This document shows positions 31,563-41,267 of a DNA stretch of 64,000 bases, in pieces. The notes beneath the pieces were generated by a model that was given only the letters and a program-made list of their open reading frames with translations, ran no database searches and was not told where the DNA came from. The stretch covers positions 1,312,001 to 1,376,000 of the forward strand of contig OZ244239.1 of the NCBI GenBank assembly GCA_965217115.1, written 5' to 3'. The stretch's first letter is position 1. Each line of letters starts with the position of its first letter. This stretch comes from Bdellovibrionales bacterium. Its GTDB lineage: Bacteria; Bdellovibrionota; Bdellovibrionia; Bdellovibrionales; CAYMLA01. The position numbers and the translations under genes were made by a program.

Positions 31563-31640
31563 TTGTTTTCAAATCAGTTTATAGTTATTTTTGTTTTTTT
31601 GGCGATTGTCTTTTTCCTTGTTAACGTACTAGTTAGCTAG
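31563..31640 (+). CDS. Candidate 25-aa single-helix membrane peptide
   Basis: GAGGA, 7 nt, then TTG; translation MFSNQFIVIFVFLAIVFFLVNVLVS. Confidence 0.35.
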   Translation: MFSNQFIVIFVFLAIVFFLVNVLVS

Positions 31641-31676
31641 TCCCTATTTAAGGGCGCTTTAAAAGTGGGAAACTTC

Positions 31677-32216
31677 TTAGGAAGGAAAAACGTAGATATC
31701 ACTGTAATTACGACCGAACTGATCGCTGTCCATGCCGTAGCCGACAACATATCGATCTTCGATGGTTTTTCCGATATAGTCCGGGCGAAGGGGGAGCTCT
31801 CGACGGGCGGGCTTGTCTAATAAGGTTGCGATTTTTAATGATGCTGGATAGGAAGAGAGCAAGTGATCCTTTAGAAAGGCGAGGGTACGACCTGTGTCAA
31901 TGATCTCCTCTACAATTATGACATGTTTATCTTTTAAGTCAGTGGAGATATCTTTGTGGATAAGAATTGTGTTTTTCTTTGAAACAGCAGAGATATAAAT
32001 AAATTCAATTTTTTGTGAAAGATTTATTTGTCGGCACAGATCTGTTAGGAAGAGAAAAGACCCTTTTAAGGGGCATATAAGAACTATTTCTTCCCCTTCA
32101 TAATCCTGTTCTATTTGTTGGGCAATTTGAATAACGAGTTCTTTTATTTCTTCTCTCGTAATAAAAGGAACCATGGAGTCTTTTAGCTGTGGTGTTTTGG
32201 TTGTTTTTGTTGTCAT
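31677..32216 (-). CDS. hpt: Hypoxanthine phosphoribosyltransferase-like protein (divergent)
   Basis: LKGSF, IVEEIIDTGRT, LLDK and VVGYGMD motifs. Confidence 0.8.
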   Translation of the reverse strand: MTTKTTKTPQLKDSMVPFITREEIKELVIQIAQQIEQDYEGEEIVLICPLKGSFLFLTDLCRQINLSQKIEFIYISAVSKKNTILIHKDISTDLKDKHVIIVEEIIDTGRTLAFLKDHLLSSYPASLKIATLLDKPARRELPLRPDYIGKTIEDRYVVGYGMDSDQFGRNYSDIYVFPS

Positions 32217-32232
32217 TATTTAAATCCACTAT

Positions 32233-32943
32233 TTATAGATGATGAAGATTTGCCTCTTTAAGAAGTTTCTTGGCTTCTTGATGGTGAGGTACTCTCAACA
32301 AAACACTCTCCCATTGACCAATAGCTTCTGTCACGGAATTGGAGTTGTAATAAATGGAACCCATCTTTAGTCGAGCTTCAATATGAGCGGGGTCTTTGCG
32401 GAGTATTTTTTTCAACTCAGAGATGGCTTTTGCGGGTTGATCAAGGCGAAGGTAAGCATCTGATGCCTTCATTAAAAGAGATGGGCTGTCCCCAAGAAAT
32501 TTTATGGCCCTGTTGTACTCATCAAGGGCTTCCATCGTCATAAGATTTTGAAAATACAAATCGCCCAGTTCTTCATGCTTAAAAGCGATTTGTTCTTTTA
32601 GAAAAGGATCGGCGTTCTTTTCTTTTTTAAGAAGAACAGTTTGTGCTTTTTCAAAAACTTCTTGTCCTTCTTTATAGCGCCCGAGATCGTTTAATAGAAT
32701 AGAAAGTCCGACGCTGGCCTCTATATAGGTTGGATCAACATCGAGTGCTTTTTTAAAAAAGTCAATGGCACGGCTAAATTTACCGTGGTCGTAGTAAATA
32801 GAACCAAGCATTTGATAGATTTCTGGTTGTCCGTTATTGCGTAAAAGAACTTGAGTAAGAAGAGGTTCTGCACTTTGATAATCACCAAGATGAAATTTTT
32901 CACGAGCTAAGTTTAAGAGATCACTATAGTCAGAGGATGCCAT
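32233..32943 (-). CDS. TPR-repeat protein
   Basis: Multiple TPR-like helical repeats. Confidence 0.8.
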   Translation of the reverse strand: MASSDYSDLLNLAREKFHLGDYQSAEPLLTQVLLRNNGQPEIYQMLGSIYYDHGKFSRAIDFFKKALDVDPTYIEASVGLSILLNDLGRYKEGQEVFEKAQTVLLKKEKNADPFLKEQIAFKHEELGDLYFQNLMTMEALDEYNRAIKFLGDSPSLLMKASDAYLRLDQPAKAISELKKILRKDPAHIEARLKMGSIYYNSNSVTEAIGQWESVLLRVPHHQEAKKLLKEANLHHL

Positions 32944-33682
32944 GGTGTTTTAACTCGCTTTCGGTAGAGAGTGCTTCATTGCTTTTAGGAAAAGAAGTTT
33001 TTAATTGTTTCCAAAAACGTAAAGATTTTTGTTTTTTGCCTAGATGAGCTGCAGCAAGAGAAGCTCCTTTGAGGCTTTTTGCGTTGAAGCCAAGAAGAGA
33101 GTGTTCGCGTAAAAGACCATCATAACGGTTAAGAGCACTAAGCCATTTTTTTTGTTTGAAATAAAATTGAGCGATATAAAATTCTTTGGCAGCGAGCATT
33201 TTTAAAGCGGCCCGTTTCTTCTCTTTAGATTTTTTAATATATTGAGAATGGGGGTAAAGCCGTAGGATTTGATCAAAATATGGAATAGCTTTTTGAGCAG
33301 ATGAGAGGTCTCTGCCCACAGAGCTGGGTAATTGTTTAAAATAACTCATAGCTAACTGAAATGTCACGTAGGGTGTTTTGCTGTGTTTAGGGTGGAACTC
33401 TTTGAAAAGAAGATAAGAGTGTTGAGCATCTAAAAAATTTTCTTTTTCAAAATAAATATCAGCGATAGCTAGCTCTGCATTGAGGGCCCATTTGGTATGA
33501 GGAAATTTATTTTTAATTTCACGAAATTTGTTAATAGCTTCGTCGCTGCGGCCTGACTGATAGAGTTCCTCGGCTTCTTGATAAGCTTTTTGGACAGAAT
33601 TAGATTCTTTAACTGGAGTGTTAGAGCACCCTTGGTTGATAAAAAAAAGGAGAAAAATTAGATAAAAGAGATGAGTCTTCAT
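32930..33682 (-). CDS. bamD: Outer-membrane assembly lipoprotein BamD
   Basis: Lipoprotein Cys (NQGC), FKEFHPKH, RDLS, LAAKEFYIAQFY and ALNRY motifs. Confidence 0.88.
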   Translation of the reverse strand: MKTHLFYLIFLLFFINQGCSNTPVKESNSVQKAYQEAEELYQSGRSDEAINKFREIKNKFPHTKWALNAELAIADIYFEKENFLDAQHSYLLFKEFHPKHSKTPYVTFQLAMSYFKQLPSSVGRDLSSAQKAIPYFDQILRLYPHSQYIKKSKEKKRAALKMLAAKEFYIAQFYFKQKKWLSALNRYDGLLREHSLLGFNAKSLKGASLAAAHLGKKQKSLRFWKQLKTSFPKSNEALSTESELKHHGIL

Positions 33683-33757
33683 AGGGGTCAACTTACTTCC
33701 ATACAGTCTTATAAGTCAATACATGCTAAACTAAAAGAGAAAAAATATCTGTCGCTC

Positions 33758-34822
33758 TTAAGCTCGAAATTTGGTTAGATGTTGGTAAATAATGATAGAG
33801 GTTACCTTAATCGTGCTGGCAATGGGAATAGAGATAAGCATTCCAAGAACTCCCATAAGTTGAGAGCCAATGATGATAGAAATAACAACAAGAACAGGGT
33901 GAAGATTGACGATTCTAGCGACAACAATGGGAATAATAATAGCAATATCAACAACCTGTGCAAAGAGATAGACGGAGATAACCAGAAAGAGATCAACCCC
34001 TGTGTAGGCATTGATCCATGCAACAATAAGAGCAGGAATGGCGGCGATAAAGGGTCCAACGTAAGGGATTAGATTTGCGGCAGCGGCAAAAATGGCCAAG
34101 AGGTGGGAATAGGGAAAACCAATCAGAACGAGTCCCAGCCAAACGAGACCACCAACAATAAGGGCTTCCAATAAGCGAGCGCGGATAAAGCCACCAATCT
34201 GTATATTGATTTCATGCTTTAAGTTAAGCGCTAATTCAAACCAATTGTTGGGAGCAATTGAAAGAAATTTATTGGAGACCTCTCGTCCATCTAAGAGCAT
34301 AAAGAAGGCCAAAAAAGGAGCAAGAAGCAAAATTGTTAACGAGTGTGAAAGAATATTTGGAAGATCAACAAAAGTAGCTTTGGACCAAGAGACGAGTACA
34401 GATTCAACGCTTTGTCCAAGGTCAAAACTAATCATACCGCCGAAGAGTTCTTGCAATTTTGTATCAAATGAGGCGATGAGATTCGTTGTTCCTTGAATAT
34501 ATTTAGGCAGATCAGCACGGAGAGTTTGCACTTGATCTGTTATTAAAGGAGAGATGAGCGAGACGAGGACAACAAGGAGGAGAAAGACAAGGGTAAAGAG
34601 AATTGTATTGCCTATTTTCCTGGAAAAGCCCCTTCTTTCCAGATAGTTAACTAGAGGACTTAAGAGGTAATTAATAACAAAGGCAATAAGACATGAGATG
34701 AGCATATTATCGATCATTGTGATAATAGAAAAGAACAAGATAAGAAGCGCAAAGACGGCAACAAGCCGAATTCTTCTTTCCCGTTGAATCATTTTTTGGA
34801 AAACATCTTTAGTTGAGGTCAT
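33758..34822 (-). CDS. AI-2E family transporter
   Basis: YLLSPLV, LIPYVGP, LHP and G.LG.LISIP motifs; multiple TM helices. Confidence 0.9.
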   Translation of the reverse strand: MTSTKDVFQKMIQRERRIRLVAVFALLILFFSIITMIDNMLISCLIAFVINYLLSPLVNYLERRGFSRKIGNTILFTLVFLLLVVLVSLISPLITDQVQTLRADLPKYIQGTTNLIASFDTKLQELFGGMISFDLGQSVESVLVSWSKATFVDLPNILSHSLTILLLAPFLAFFMLLDGREVSNKFLSIAPNNWFELALNLKHEINIQIGGFIRARLLEALIVGGLVWLGLVLIGFPYSHLLAIFAAAANLIPYVGPFIAAIPALIVAWINAYTGVDLFLVISVYLFAQVVDIAIIIPIVVARIVNLHPVLVVISIIIGSQLMGVLGMLISIPIASTIKVTSIIIYQHLTKFRA

Positions 34823-35369
34823 TTCTTAAGGACCTGTTTTTTAATTCTGAAACTTTATTAGTGGCTTCTTTGAGGCGAAGACCAAGCGTTTCTCCAAGTT
34901 TGAGCATAATTTTTATCCCCATGTAGGGGCGTCGTTCTGCCAATTCAAGGAGATCTGGTTTAAAAAAACCAATTAAGGTGGTTTCTTGGTTGGCTGTTGC
35001 GGTCGCAGTGCGCAGGCTTTCTGGTTCTACAAGGGAGAGTTCTCCAAAAAAATCATCTTTGCCCATCTGGGTTATAAATAAGTTTTGATCGTGTTCTTCA
35101 AGATTATAGTTGTTAACGGTGATATCAATAGACCCATTGAGTATGATGTACATACCTATACCGATTTCACCTTGTTGAAAAATATTTTCTTGGGGGCGAT
35201 AGTGACGAATATGAACTATTTGTTCTAGCTGTCGAAGTTCTTTTTTGCTGAGGCTTTGAAAAATAGGTGTTTTTCGTATTGCCCGTTGAATTTTTTCTGA
35301 ATTGGAATCTTTCTTTATGAAATGACTCCAGATGTAATTTATTTTTTTTATGCGGTTATTATTTGTCAT
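34809..35369 (-). CDS. Cyclic-nucleotide-binding domain protein (stand-alone)
   Basis: IFQQGE, FFGELSL and RTATA motifs. Confidence 0.9.
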   Translation of the reverse strand: MTNNNRIKKINYIWSHFIKKDSNSEKIQRAIRKTPIFQSLSKKELRQLEQIVHIRHYRPQENIFQQGEIGIGMYIILNGSIDITVNNYNLEEHDQNLFITQMGKDDFFGELSLVEPESLRTATATANQETTLIGFFKPDLLELAERRPYMGIKIMLKLGETLGLRLKEATNKVSELKNRSLRNDLN

Positions 35370-36174
35370 GTTTTTTTCCTGAAGTTTGTCCCGATGTTTG
35401 AAAGAGAGAATTACTTTTTACCCATCCACTTAGTTCACCAGAATATTGCACCTGTGTCCATGGGGCGTTGTTTCTTTTTATAATAACTTCTTGGCCTTCA
35501 AAAAGTTCATAAATAGATGGGCTATTTTCTTTGGCAGTGGCAAGAACGTGAATTTGATTTTGAATGACGGTTGCTCTAGGGATTTGTTGATCGAGGATTT
35601 TCAAAATAGAGAGAATTCCGCTGAAAATAAAAAGAGAAAATAGAGCTAGGCCAGTGTAGGGGAATTTCACTGGCGAGAGATTATTTAGAGAGGCTCTTTT
35701 GCGTCGCCCCAGGTAGGCAAGAATGGGCGGCAGACTGATCAGCATGAGAGCTGCTGTCGCTGAAAGATAGAGATATAGAGGGGTGGTTGAAAAAAGAGAA
35801 TTGTGTAAATACTGCCAAAAGTTACTTTTGGTGGGGGGTGGGGGGATTTTGAGCTGTTTTTGGGCAAAATTAAGAGCTTGTTTTGCTTGGAAAAGAGTTG
35901 GATTTAGAGAGAGAGCTTTTCGCCAGAGTCCGATCGCTTTACCGAAATGACCCTCTCTGTACTCGATAAGACCTAAATTTGTGAGAGCGGAAGGCCTTTC
36001 AACTGAATGAATAAGCTTTGTCAGTTTTTCTTTTGCCTGAGAGAAATCGCCTTTTTGATAATCTTTTAAAATGTGATGATATGTTGAGGTTATAGTTGAA
36101 TTGACAGATGAGTTGTCGATGCAGTGCCCCGCAAAAGAAGATGTAATTATTGAAATAAAGAGGGCTTTTTTCAT
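35359..36174 (-). CDS. TPR + two TM + SH3-like protein (BatE-like)
   Basis: TPR motif (NLG..Y..G..GKAI..WRKAL), two TM helices, C-terminal EGQEV..W..GWV SH3 motif. Confidence 0.75.
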   Translation of the reverse strand: MKKALFISIITSSFAGHCIDNSSVNSTITSTYHHILKDYQKGDFSQAKEKLTKLIHSVERPSALTNLGLIEYREGHFGKAIGLWRKALSLNPTLFQAKQALNFAQKQLKIPPPPTKSNFWQYLHNSLFSTTPLYLYLSATAALMLISLPPILAYLGRRKRASLNNLSPVKFPYTGLALFSLFIFSGILSILKILDQQIPRATVIQNQIHVLATAKENSPSIYELFEGQEVIIKRNNAPWTQVQYSGELSGWVKSNSLFQTSGQTSGKKHDK

Positions 36175-36268
36175 AAGGTTATATTAAGACGGTCGAGCTG
36201 GAATTGGCAAGGGTTGTATAATCTGATAGAATTTGAGGGTCTTTTAAATAAACGAGAGGAAGAGAGCT

Positions 36269-37651
36269 ATGTCTAAAGCCTATGGAAATGAGATTGTTGA
36301 TAAGGAAAATCAAAAACTTATTGAGGAATTGGTAAAAAATATTTCTGAAGTGAATTCTCAAATAAAAGGAATTAAAGATGGAAACGAGGCAAATCTTGAG
36401 AGCTCTATGAAGAGAGTGGCTCAATTTCGCGGAAGGCCATTGTTTTATCCTTATATGGGAAGTGGAGCTGGTCGAGGTCCTTATGTTGAGTTAGAGGACG
36501 GGAGTGTAAAGTTAGATTTGATCAACGGTATTGGGGTGAACATACTTGGACATTCACACCCCGATGTTTTACGAGCCAGTTTAAAGGGTGCAATGAGCAA
36601 TGTGGTTATGCAGGGAAACCTACAACCAAATGCGCAGTATTTAGAATTTGGCGAGAAGCTAACGAGCTTGGCAAGTCGTCGAAGCCTATTGAAGCATGCG
36701 TGGATTTCAACTTGTGGTTCTGTGGCTAATGAGAATGCACTTAAAATAGTGCGACAAAAAAAATCTCCAGCAAAAAAAATAATTGCTCTAAAGTGTGCTT
36801 TTGCTGGACGAACAACAATGATGGCAGAGATAACGGACAACCCTAATTTCCGTGTGGGGTTGCCAGAGTATGGAGAGGTTTTGAGAATAGATATGCCCAA
36901 TAATTACACACTCTCATCTTGTGGAGGGCGTTCTTCAGGAGAAAAAGCTCTGCGTGTTTTAAAGGAGCTTGTTGCAAAGAATGGAGGAGATATTGCAGCA
37001 TTTATGTTTGAACCACTTCAGGGTGAAGGTGGGTTTCGGGTGGCTTCACGAGATTTCTTTATTCCATTGCTTGAATTTTGTAAAGAGATTGGAATTGCTG
37101 TTTGGGCAGATGAGGTACAAACTTTTTGTCGTACGGGAGAATTATTTTGTTTTGAAAAATTAGAAATTGGTAATTATTTAGATATATGCACTATTGCTAA
37201 GGCGGCCCAAGTTGGAGCAACGTTGTATACGGAAGAATTTAACCCTAAACCAGGTTTAATAGCAGGAACGTTTGCAGGCTCCTCTGTTTCTTTAGCGGTA
37301 GGAACAGAAATTTTGAATGTATTAACCTCTGGAGAGTATTTTGGTTCAGAGGGAAAAATAGAAAAAATACACAAAGAATTTACAGGAATGTTGAATGAGT
37401 TATCAGAAGGCTCTTGTCAGGGACTTATTTCTGAAGTTGGAGGAATGGGGCTGATGGTGGCTTTTACTCCTTTTGACGGAACAAAAGAAAAAACAATGCC
37501 TTTACTTAAAACTCTGTATAAAAATGGGGTTATAGCATTTGCCTGTGGACATGGGCCCTATCGTATTCGTTTTTTAATACCTGCAGTTTTACAAAGTGAG
37601 GATATTGAAGTGGTTAAAGGGATTATTGAAAAATCTTTAATACAGGGTTGA
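36269..37651 (+). CDS. Class-III PLP aminotransferase (ornithine/succinylornithine-like)
   Basis: LGHSHP, EPLQGEGG and DEVQT motifs; PLP lysine in TIAK. Confidence 0.88.
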   Translation: MSKAYGNEIVDKENQKLIEELVKNISEVNSQIKGIKDGNEANLESSMKRVAQFRGRPLFYPYMGSGAGRGPYVELEDGSVKLDLINGIGVNILGHSHPDVLRASLKGAMSNVVMQGNLQPNAQYLEFGEKLTSLASRRSLLKHAWISTCGSVANENALKIVRQKKSPAKKIIALKCAFAGRTTMMAEITDNPNFRVGLPEYGEVLRIDMPNNYTLSSCGGRSSGEKALRVLKELVAKNGGDIAAFMFEPLQGEGGFRVASRDFFIPLLEFCKEIGIAVWADEVQTFCRTGELFCFEKLEIGNYLDICTIAKAAQVGATLYTEEFNPKPGLIAGTFAGSSVSLAVGTEILNVLTSGEYFGSEGKIEKIHKEFTGMLNELSEGSCQGLISEVGGMGLMVAFTPFDGTKEKTMPLLKTLYKNGVIAFACGHGPYRIRFLIPAVLQSEDIEVVKGIIEKSLIQG

Positions 37652-37660
37652 TTAAGAGAG

Positions 37661-39019
37661 ATGGCTTTTGATTTTATTAATGTTTGTCGAAATCTCATAA
37701 ATATTGATAGTTCTCCACAAGGGGGCACATCTGAAATAGTTGGCTATATAGCTAAACTGTGTAAAGACCTTGATCTGTATGTAGATATTCAGAAAGAGAG
37801 AAAAAAAGACTTGGATCAGGCCAATATAATTGTGCGTTTAGACCCTAATCAGGCTGACAAAGAATTTTTATTATTAAGTCACTTGGACACAGTTGACCCT
37901 GGAAACTATAGAATGTGGAAAGAGACAGGGCAGAACCCTTTTAATGGAACGATTATACAGAATAATATTTACGGTTTAGGGGCTGTGGATGCTAAATTGG
38001 ATTTTGCTTGTAAATTGAGAGCACTACTAGAGGTAAGAGAAAAGCGAAAGGGTCAATTTAAATTATTTCCTGTTTTAGTTGGGACCTATGGTCAAGAATT
38101 GGGTTTGTTGGGGGCGAGTAAATTATTACGCAAGGGAAAGGTTTCTCCAGTGAAGGTTCTTGTTGGCGACCCATCAAACTTAAGGTTGTGTTGTGCCGGT
38201 AAGGGGATGGCAACAGTAGAGATACGAATTCCTTTTTCTGAAGAGGAGATTTGTTATCGTCGAGATCATGATACTTTAGAGAGTACATCTTCACAAAGTA
38301 AAATTTTTTCAGGAAGAGCAGCTCATTCATCAAGTCCTTATGCTGGGAATAATGCTATTAATAAGATGTTTTCTTATCTTGAAAAAATGCCCGAGGGATT
38401 AGTTGTTATGGAAATGGAGGGAGGAGTAAGTCCACAAACAATTCCTGCTTCGGCTGTCTTAGAGATGGATATTGTGGGCGGAGTTCGAGACAATATTACA
38501 AGTCGAATTTTAAAGATTTATAAGAGGATACGCCAAATAGAAGAAGAGTTTGGAGAGTTTCCTGATAAGAGGTTCTCTCCTAGTAAGACAATTTTAAACT
38601 TTGGTGTTGTGAGGACTTATGAGGATTATATTCTTCTTTGTGGAGTCTGTTTAGTGACTCCATCAGTAGATAATGAAACTTATGGTTGCTGGATGAATAG
38701 AATTGATGAAAGCTGTAGAGATGCTGGTGGAGTGTTGCGTATAAAGAGCTATAAGAAACCATTTAATATAAGCGAAGATTCAGATTTCGTTCAGGGGTGT
38801 TTGGAGGAAATGGGAAAAATGGGTTTAGATCCCGAGGTCTCTTTTAATGCCTCCTATAGTGAAGCCAGTATTTTTGATAAAAATGGTATCGATTGTATCT
38901 CTTTTGGTCCAGGATTGAAGGCTGGGAATTCGCATTCGGCAAATGAACATGTCAACATAGAAGATTTGAATAAAGCGACGGAATTTTACCGTCGTGCTTT
39001 AACAAGATTCTGTTTTTAA
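37661..39019 (+). CDS. M20 family deacylase (ArgE/DapE-like)
   Basis: SHLDTV, GLGAVDAK, GRAAHSS and HSANEH motifs. Confidence 0.85.
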   Translation: MAFDFINVCRNLINIDSSPQGGTSEIVGYIAKLCKDLDLYVDIQKERKKDLDQANIIVRLDPNQADKEFLLLSHLDTVDPGNYRMWKETGQNPFNGTIIQNNIYGLGAVDAKLDFACKLRALLEVREKRKGQFKLFPVLVGTYGQELGLLGASKLLRKGKVSPVKVLVGDPSNLRLCCAGKGMATVEIRIPFSEEEICYRRDHDTLESTSSQSKIFSGRAAHSSSPYAGNNAINKMFSYLEKMPEGLVVMEMEGGVSPQTIPASAVLEMDIVGGVRDNITSRILKIYKRIRQIEEEFGEFPDKRFSPSKTILNFGVVRTYEDYILLCGVCLVTPSVDNETYGCWMNRIDESCRDAGGVLRIKSYKKPFNISEDSDFVQGCLEEMGKMGLDPEVSFNASYSEASIFDKNGIDCISFGPGLKAGNSHSANEHVNIEDLNKATEFYRRALTRFCF

Positions 39020-39028
39020 GGTGTAGTG

Positions 39029-40051
39029 ATGATGGATTTTTTAATTCGAGGGGCACGAATAGAGGATTTGGAAAAGCTCTATGATTTATCCTCACAATTT
39101 ACATTATTGAATCTACCTAGTGATCGGAAGGTTCTTACGGGAAAAATTGAGAAAAGCCTTTTGTCTTTTTCTGGCAAATTAGAAAGAATGACTTCAGAAT
39201 ATTTATTTGTTGTGGAGGAATTATCGACAGGAGCTCTAGTCGGGAGTTCACAAATTATTGGACAAAAAGGAACTCTTGATTGGCCTAATTATGCTTTTAA
39301 AGTTTTAAAGAGAAGTCGTTATAGCGAAGATTTAAGTATCGGTTTTATCCATACAGTTTTGAGCTTAAGAGAAGAAACTGCAGGGCCAACAGAAATTGGA
39401 GGTCTTTTGGTGGATAAAGGCTATCGTCGAAGAAAGGAAAAAATAGGCAAGCAAATGAGTCTTGTACGATTTCTGTATATTGGCATGGAAGCAGATAGAT
39501 TTGACGAAAACCTACATGTAGAATTTGCTCCTCCATTCACCGATGAGGGAAAGAGCCTTTTTTGGGAGGCATTGGGTCGTAAATTTACTGGGTTGGCCTA
39601 TGATGAGGCAGATTTATTGAGTCGACATAATAAGGAATTTATACGAAAGCTTTATCCTGAGGCGGATCTTTACCTGACTCTTTTAGATCAGCAAGTTCGG
39701 TTAGTTTTTGGAAAAGTTGGTATTGAGACATTACCAGCTTTAAAGTTATTAGAAGAAATGGGTTTTCAATATTCTGAAGAGATAGATCCTTTCGATGGCG
39801 GGCCTCACTATAATGCAAAAACAAGTGAAATAGAAATGATAGATAAAGTTAAAACATATATTTTGTCAGAGAGAGGAGGTCTTGTTTATAATAAGAGAGG
39901 TCTTTTGGGTTCAACTTCTTCAGGAGAATTTCGAGCCTGTTATTTGTCTTATTTTATTGAAGATGGAAAAGTTTACCTACCTATGAATTACAGAGAGTCT
40001 CTATCTATTGATGTGGGCGAGACTGTCTCGATCTTACCAGTGGATTTTTAG
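39029..40051 (+). CDS. astA: Arginine N-succinyltransferase-like protein
   Basis: NLP.D...L..KI..S, TEIGGL, FWEALGRKF, AD.LS and DPFDGGP motifs. Confidence 0.85.
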   Translation: MMDFLIRGARIEDLEKLYDLSSQFTLLNLPSDRKVLTGKIEKSLLSFSGKLERMTSEYLFVVEELSTGALVGSSQIIGQKGTLDWPNYAFKVLKRSRYSEDLSIGFIHTVLSLREETAGPTEIGGLLVDKGYRRRKEKIGKQMSLVRFLYIGMEADRFDENLHVEFAPPFTDEGKSLFWEALGRKFTGLAYDEADLLSRHNKEFIRKLYPEADLYLTLLDQQVRLVFGKVGIETLPALKLLEEMGFQYSEEIDPFDGGPHYNAKTSEIEMIDKVKTYILSERGGLVYNKRGLLGSTSSGEFRACYLSYFIEDGKVYLPMNYRESLSIDVGETVSILPVDF

Positions 40052-40056
40052 CACCT

Positions 40057-41121
40057 ATGAAAAAAACACTAGGATTTTTTATTATTGGAGTTTTTACAGT
40101 CATTTTTTTCATGACATGGAGAATGTTTAAATTCATAAATACGTCCCCCTCTCTGTCATCACAGAAGGTTATTTTTGAAGTAAAAAAGGGGAGTGGTTTT
40201 TTTCAAATTGCAAAAAAATTACAGAAAGAAAATTTAATCACCAATGTTAAGATGTTTTATTTACTGACTAAATTTAAAAACAAGGAGAAGGATCTTCGTG
40301 TTGGTGAATATAGCTTAGATAGGAATATGTTTCCATCAGAAATTTTAGATATAGTTTCTTCAGGGAAAAGTCGAATTTATAATGTCACATTTCAGGAGGG
40401 GCTGAATATATTTGAAATGGCAGACCATTTAGAAAAAAGGGGGTTAGGAAAGAGAGATGTTTTTCTTAAAATCTGCCATGATTCAAAAATTATAAAAGAG
40501 CTTCTGGGCTTTCAGGCTGATAGCTTAGAGGGATATCTTTTCCCAGAGACATATAAAATAACTAAGTACACGGGCGAGTTGTCTCTCATTAAATTAATGA
40601 ATCATCGATTCAGGGAAGTTTTTTCTTCTATTGATTATTTAATAGCTTCCACGGTGAAAAAACACAAACTAAACTCTCATGACGTAGTGACCTTGGCAAG
40701 TATTGTAGAGAAAGAAGCGGGAAAACCTGAAGAGCGTCCTGTGATTGCTTCGGTGTTTTTCAATAGATTAAAGAGAGATATGCGATTGCAAACAGATCCA
40801 ACAACTATTTACGGATTATGGCTTGAGAGAGGCGAACGACCATTTAATATTACAAAAAAAGACCTGAGGCAAAAGAACCCTTATAACACATACACCTTTA
40901 GAGGATTGCCAAAGGGGCCGATTTCTAATCCAGGAGAGGACGCCTTGCTAGCGGTTTTAAAGCCGAGAAAAACAAATTTTCTTTATTTTGTTTCTCGCAA
41001 TGATGGGACAACGATGTTTAGTGAAAATTACAAACAACATCAAAAAGCAGTTCAGCGTTTTCAGCTAAATCGTAAAGCGCGTCAGGGTAAATCGTGGCGG
41101 GATCTAAACAAAAATAAATAG
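40057..41121 (+). CDS. mltG: Endolytic transglycosylase MltG
   Basis: EGYLFPETY, ASIVEKE, LQTDPT, NPYNTY and GLPKGPISNPG motifs. Confidence 0.95.
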   Translation: MKKTLGFFIIGVFTVIFFMTWRMFKFINTSPSLSSQKVIFEVKKGSGFFQIAKKLQKENLITNVKMFYLLTKFKNKEKDLRVGEYSLDRNMFPSEILDIVSSGKSRIYNVTFQEGLNIFEMADHLEKRGLGKRDVFLKICHDSKIIKELLGFQADSLEGYLFPETYKITKYTGELSLIKLMNHRFREVFSSIDYLIASTVKKHKLNSHDVVTLASIVEKEAGKPEERPVIASVFFNRLKRDMRLQTDPTTIYGLWLERGERPFNITKKDLRQKNPYNTYTFRGLPKGPISNPGEDALLAVLKPRKTNFLYFVSRNDGTTMFSENYKQHQKAVQRFQLNRKARQGKSWRDLNKNK

Positions 41122-41128
41122 GTTTTTG

Positions 41129-41267
41129 GGCGAAGTGGGGGTGGTCCCAAGGGGGCTTCATCTCCAAGTTCAAACATGCGTTTGGCTGCGGCGCTCGCTT
41201 TGCGAGCATCGCACCAAGCCGAACTCACTTGGAGATAAAGCCCCCTTGGGACCACTCTCATTAGAAA
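41129..41267. repeat. Hairpin element copy A (29-bp inverted arms around a 57-nt self-complementary core)
   Basis: Arms 41141-41169 and 41227-41255 are complementary at 28/29 positions. Core contains GCTCGC-TTT-GCGAGC. Confidence 0.9.
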
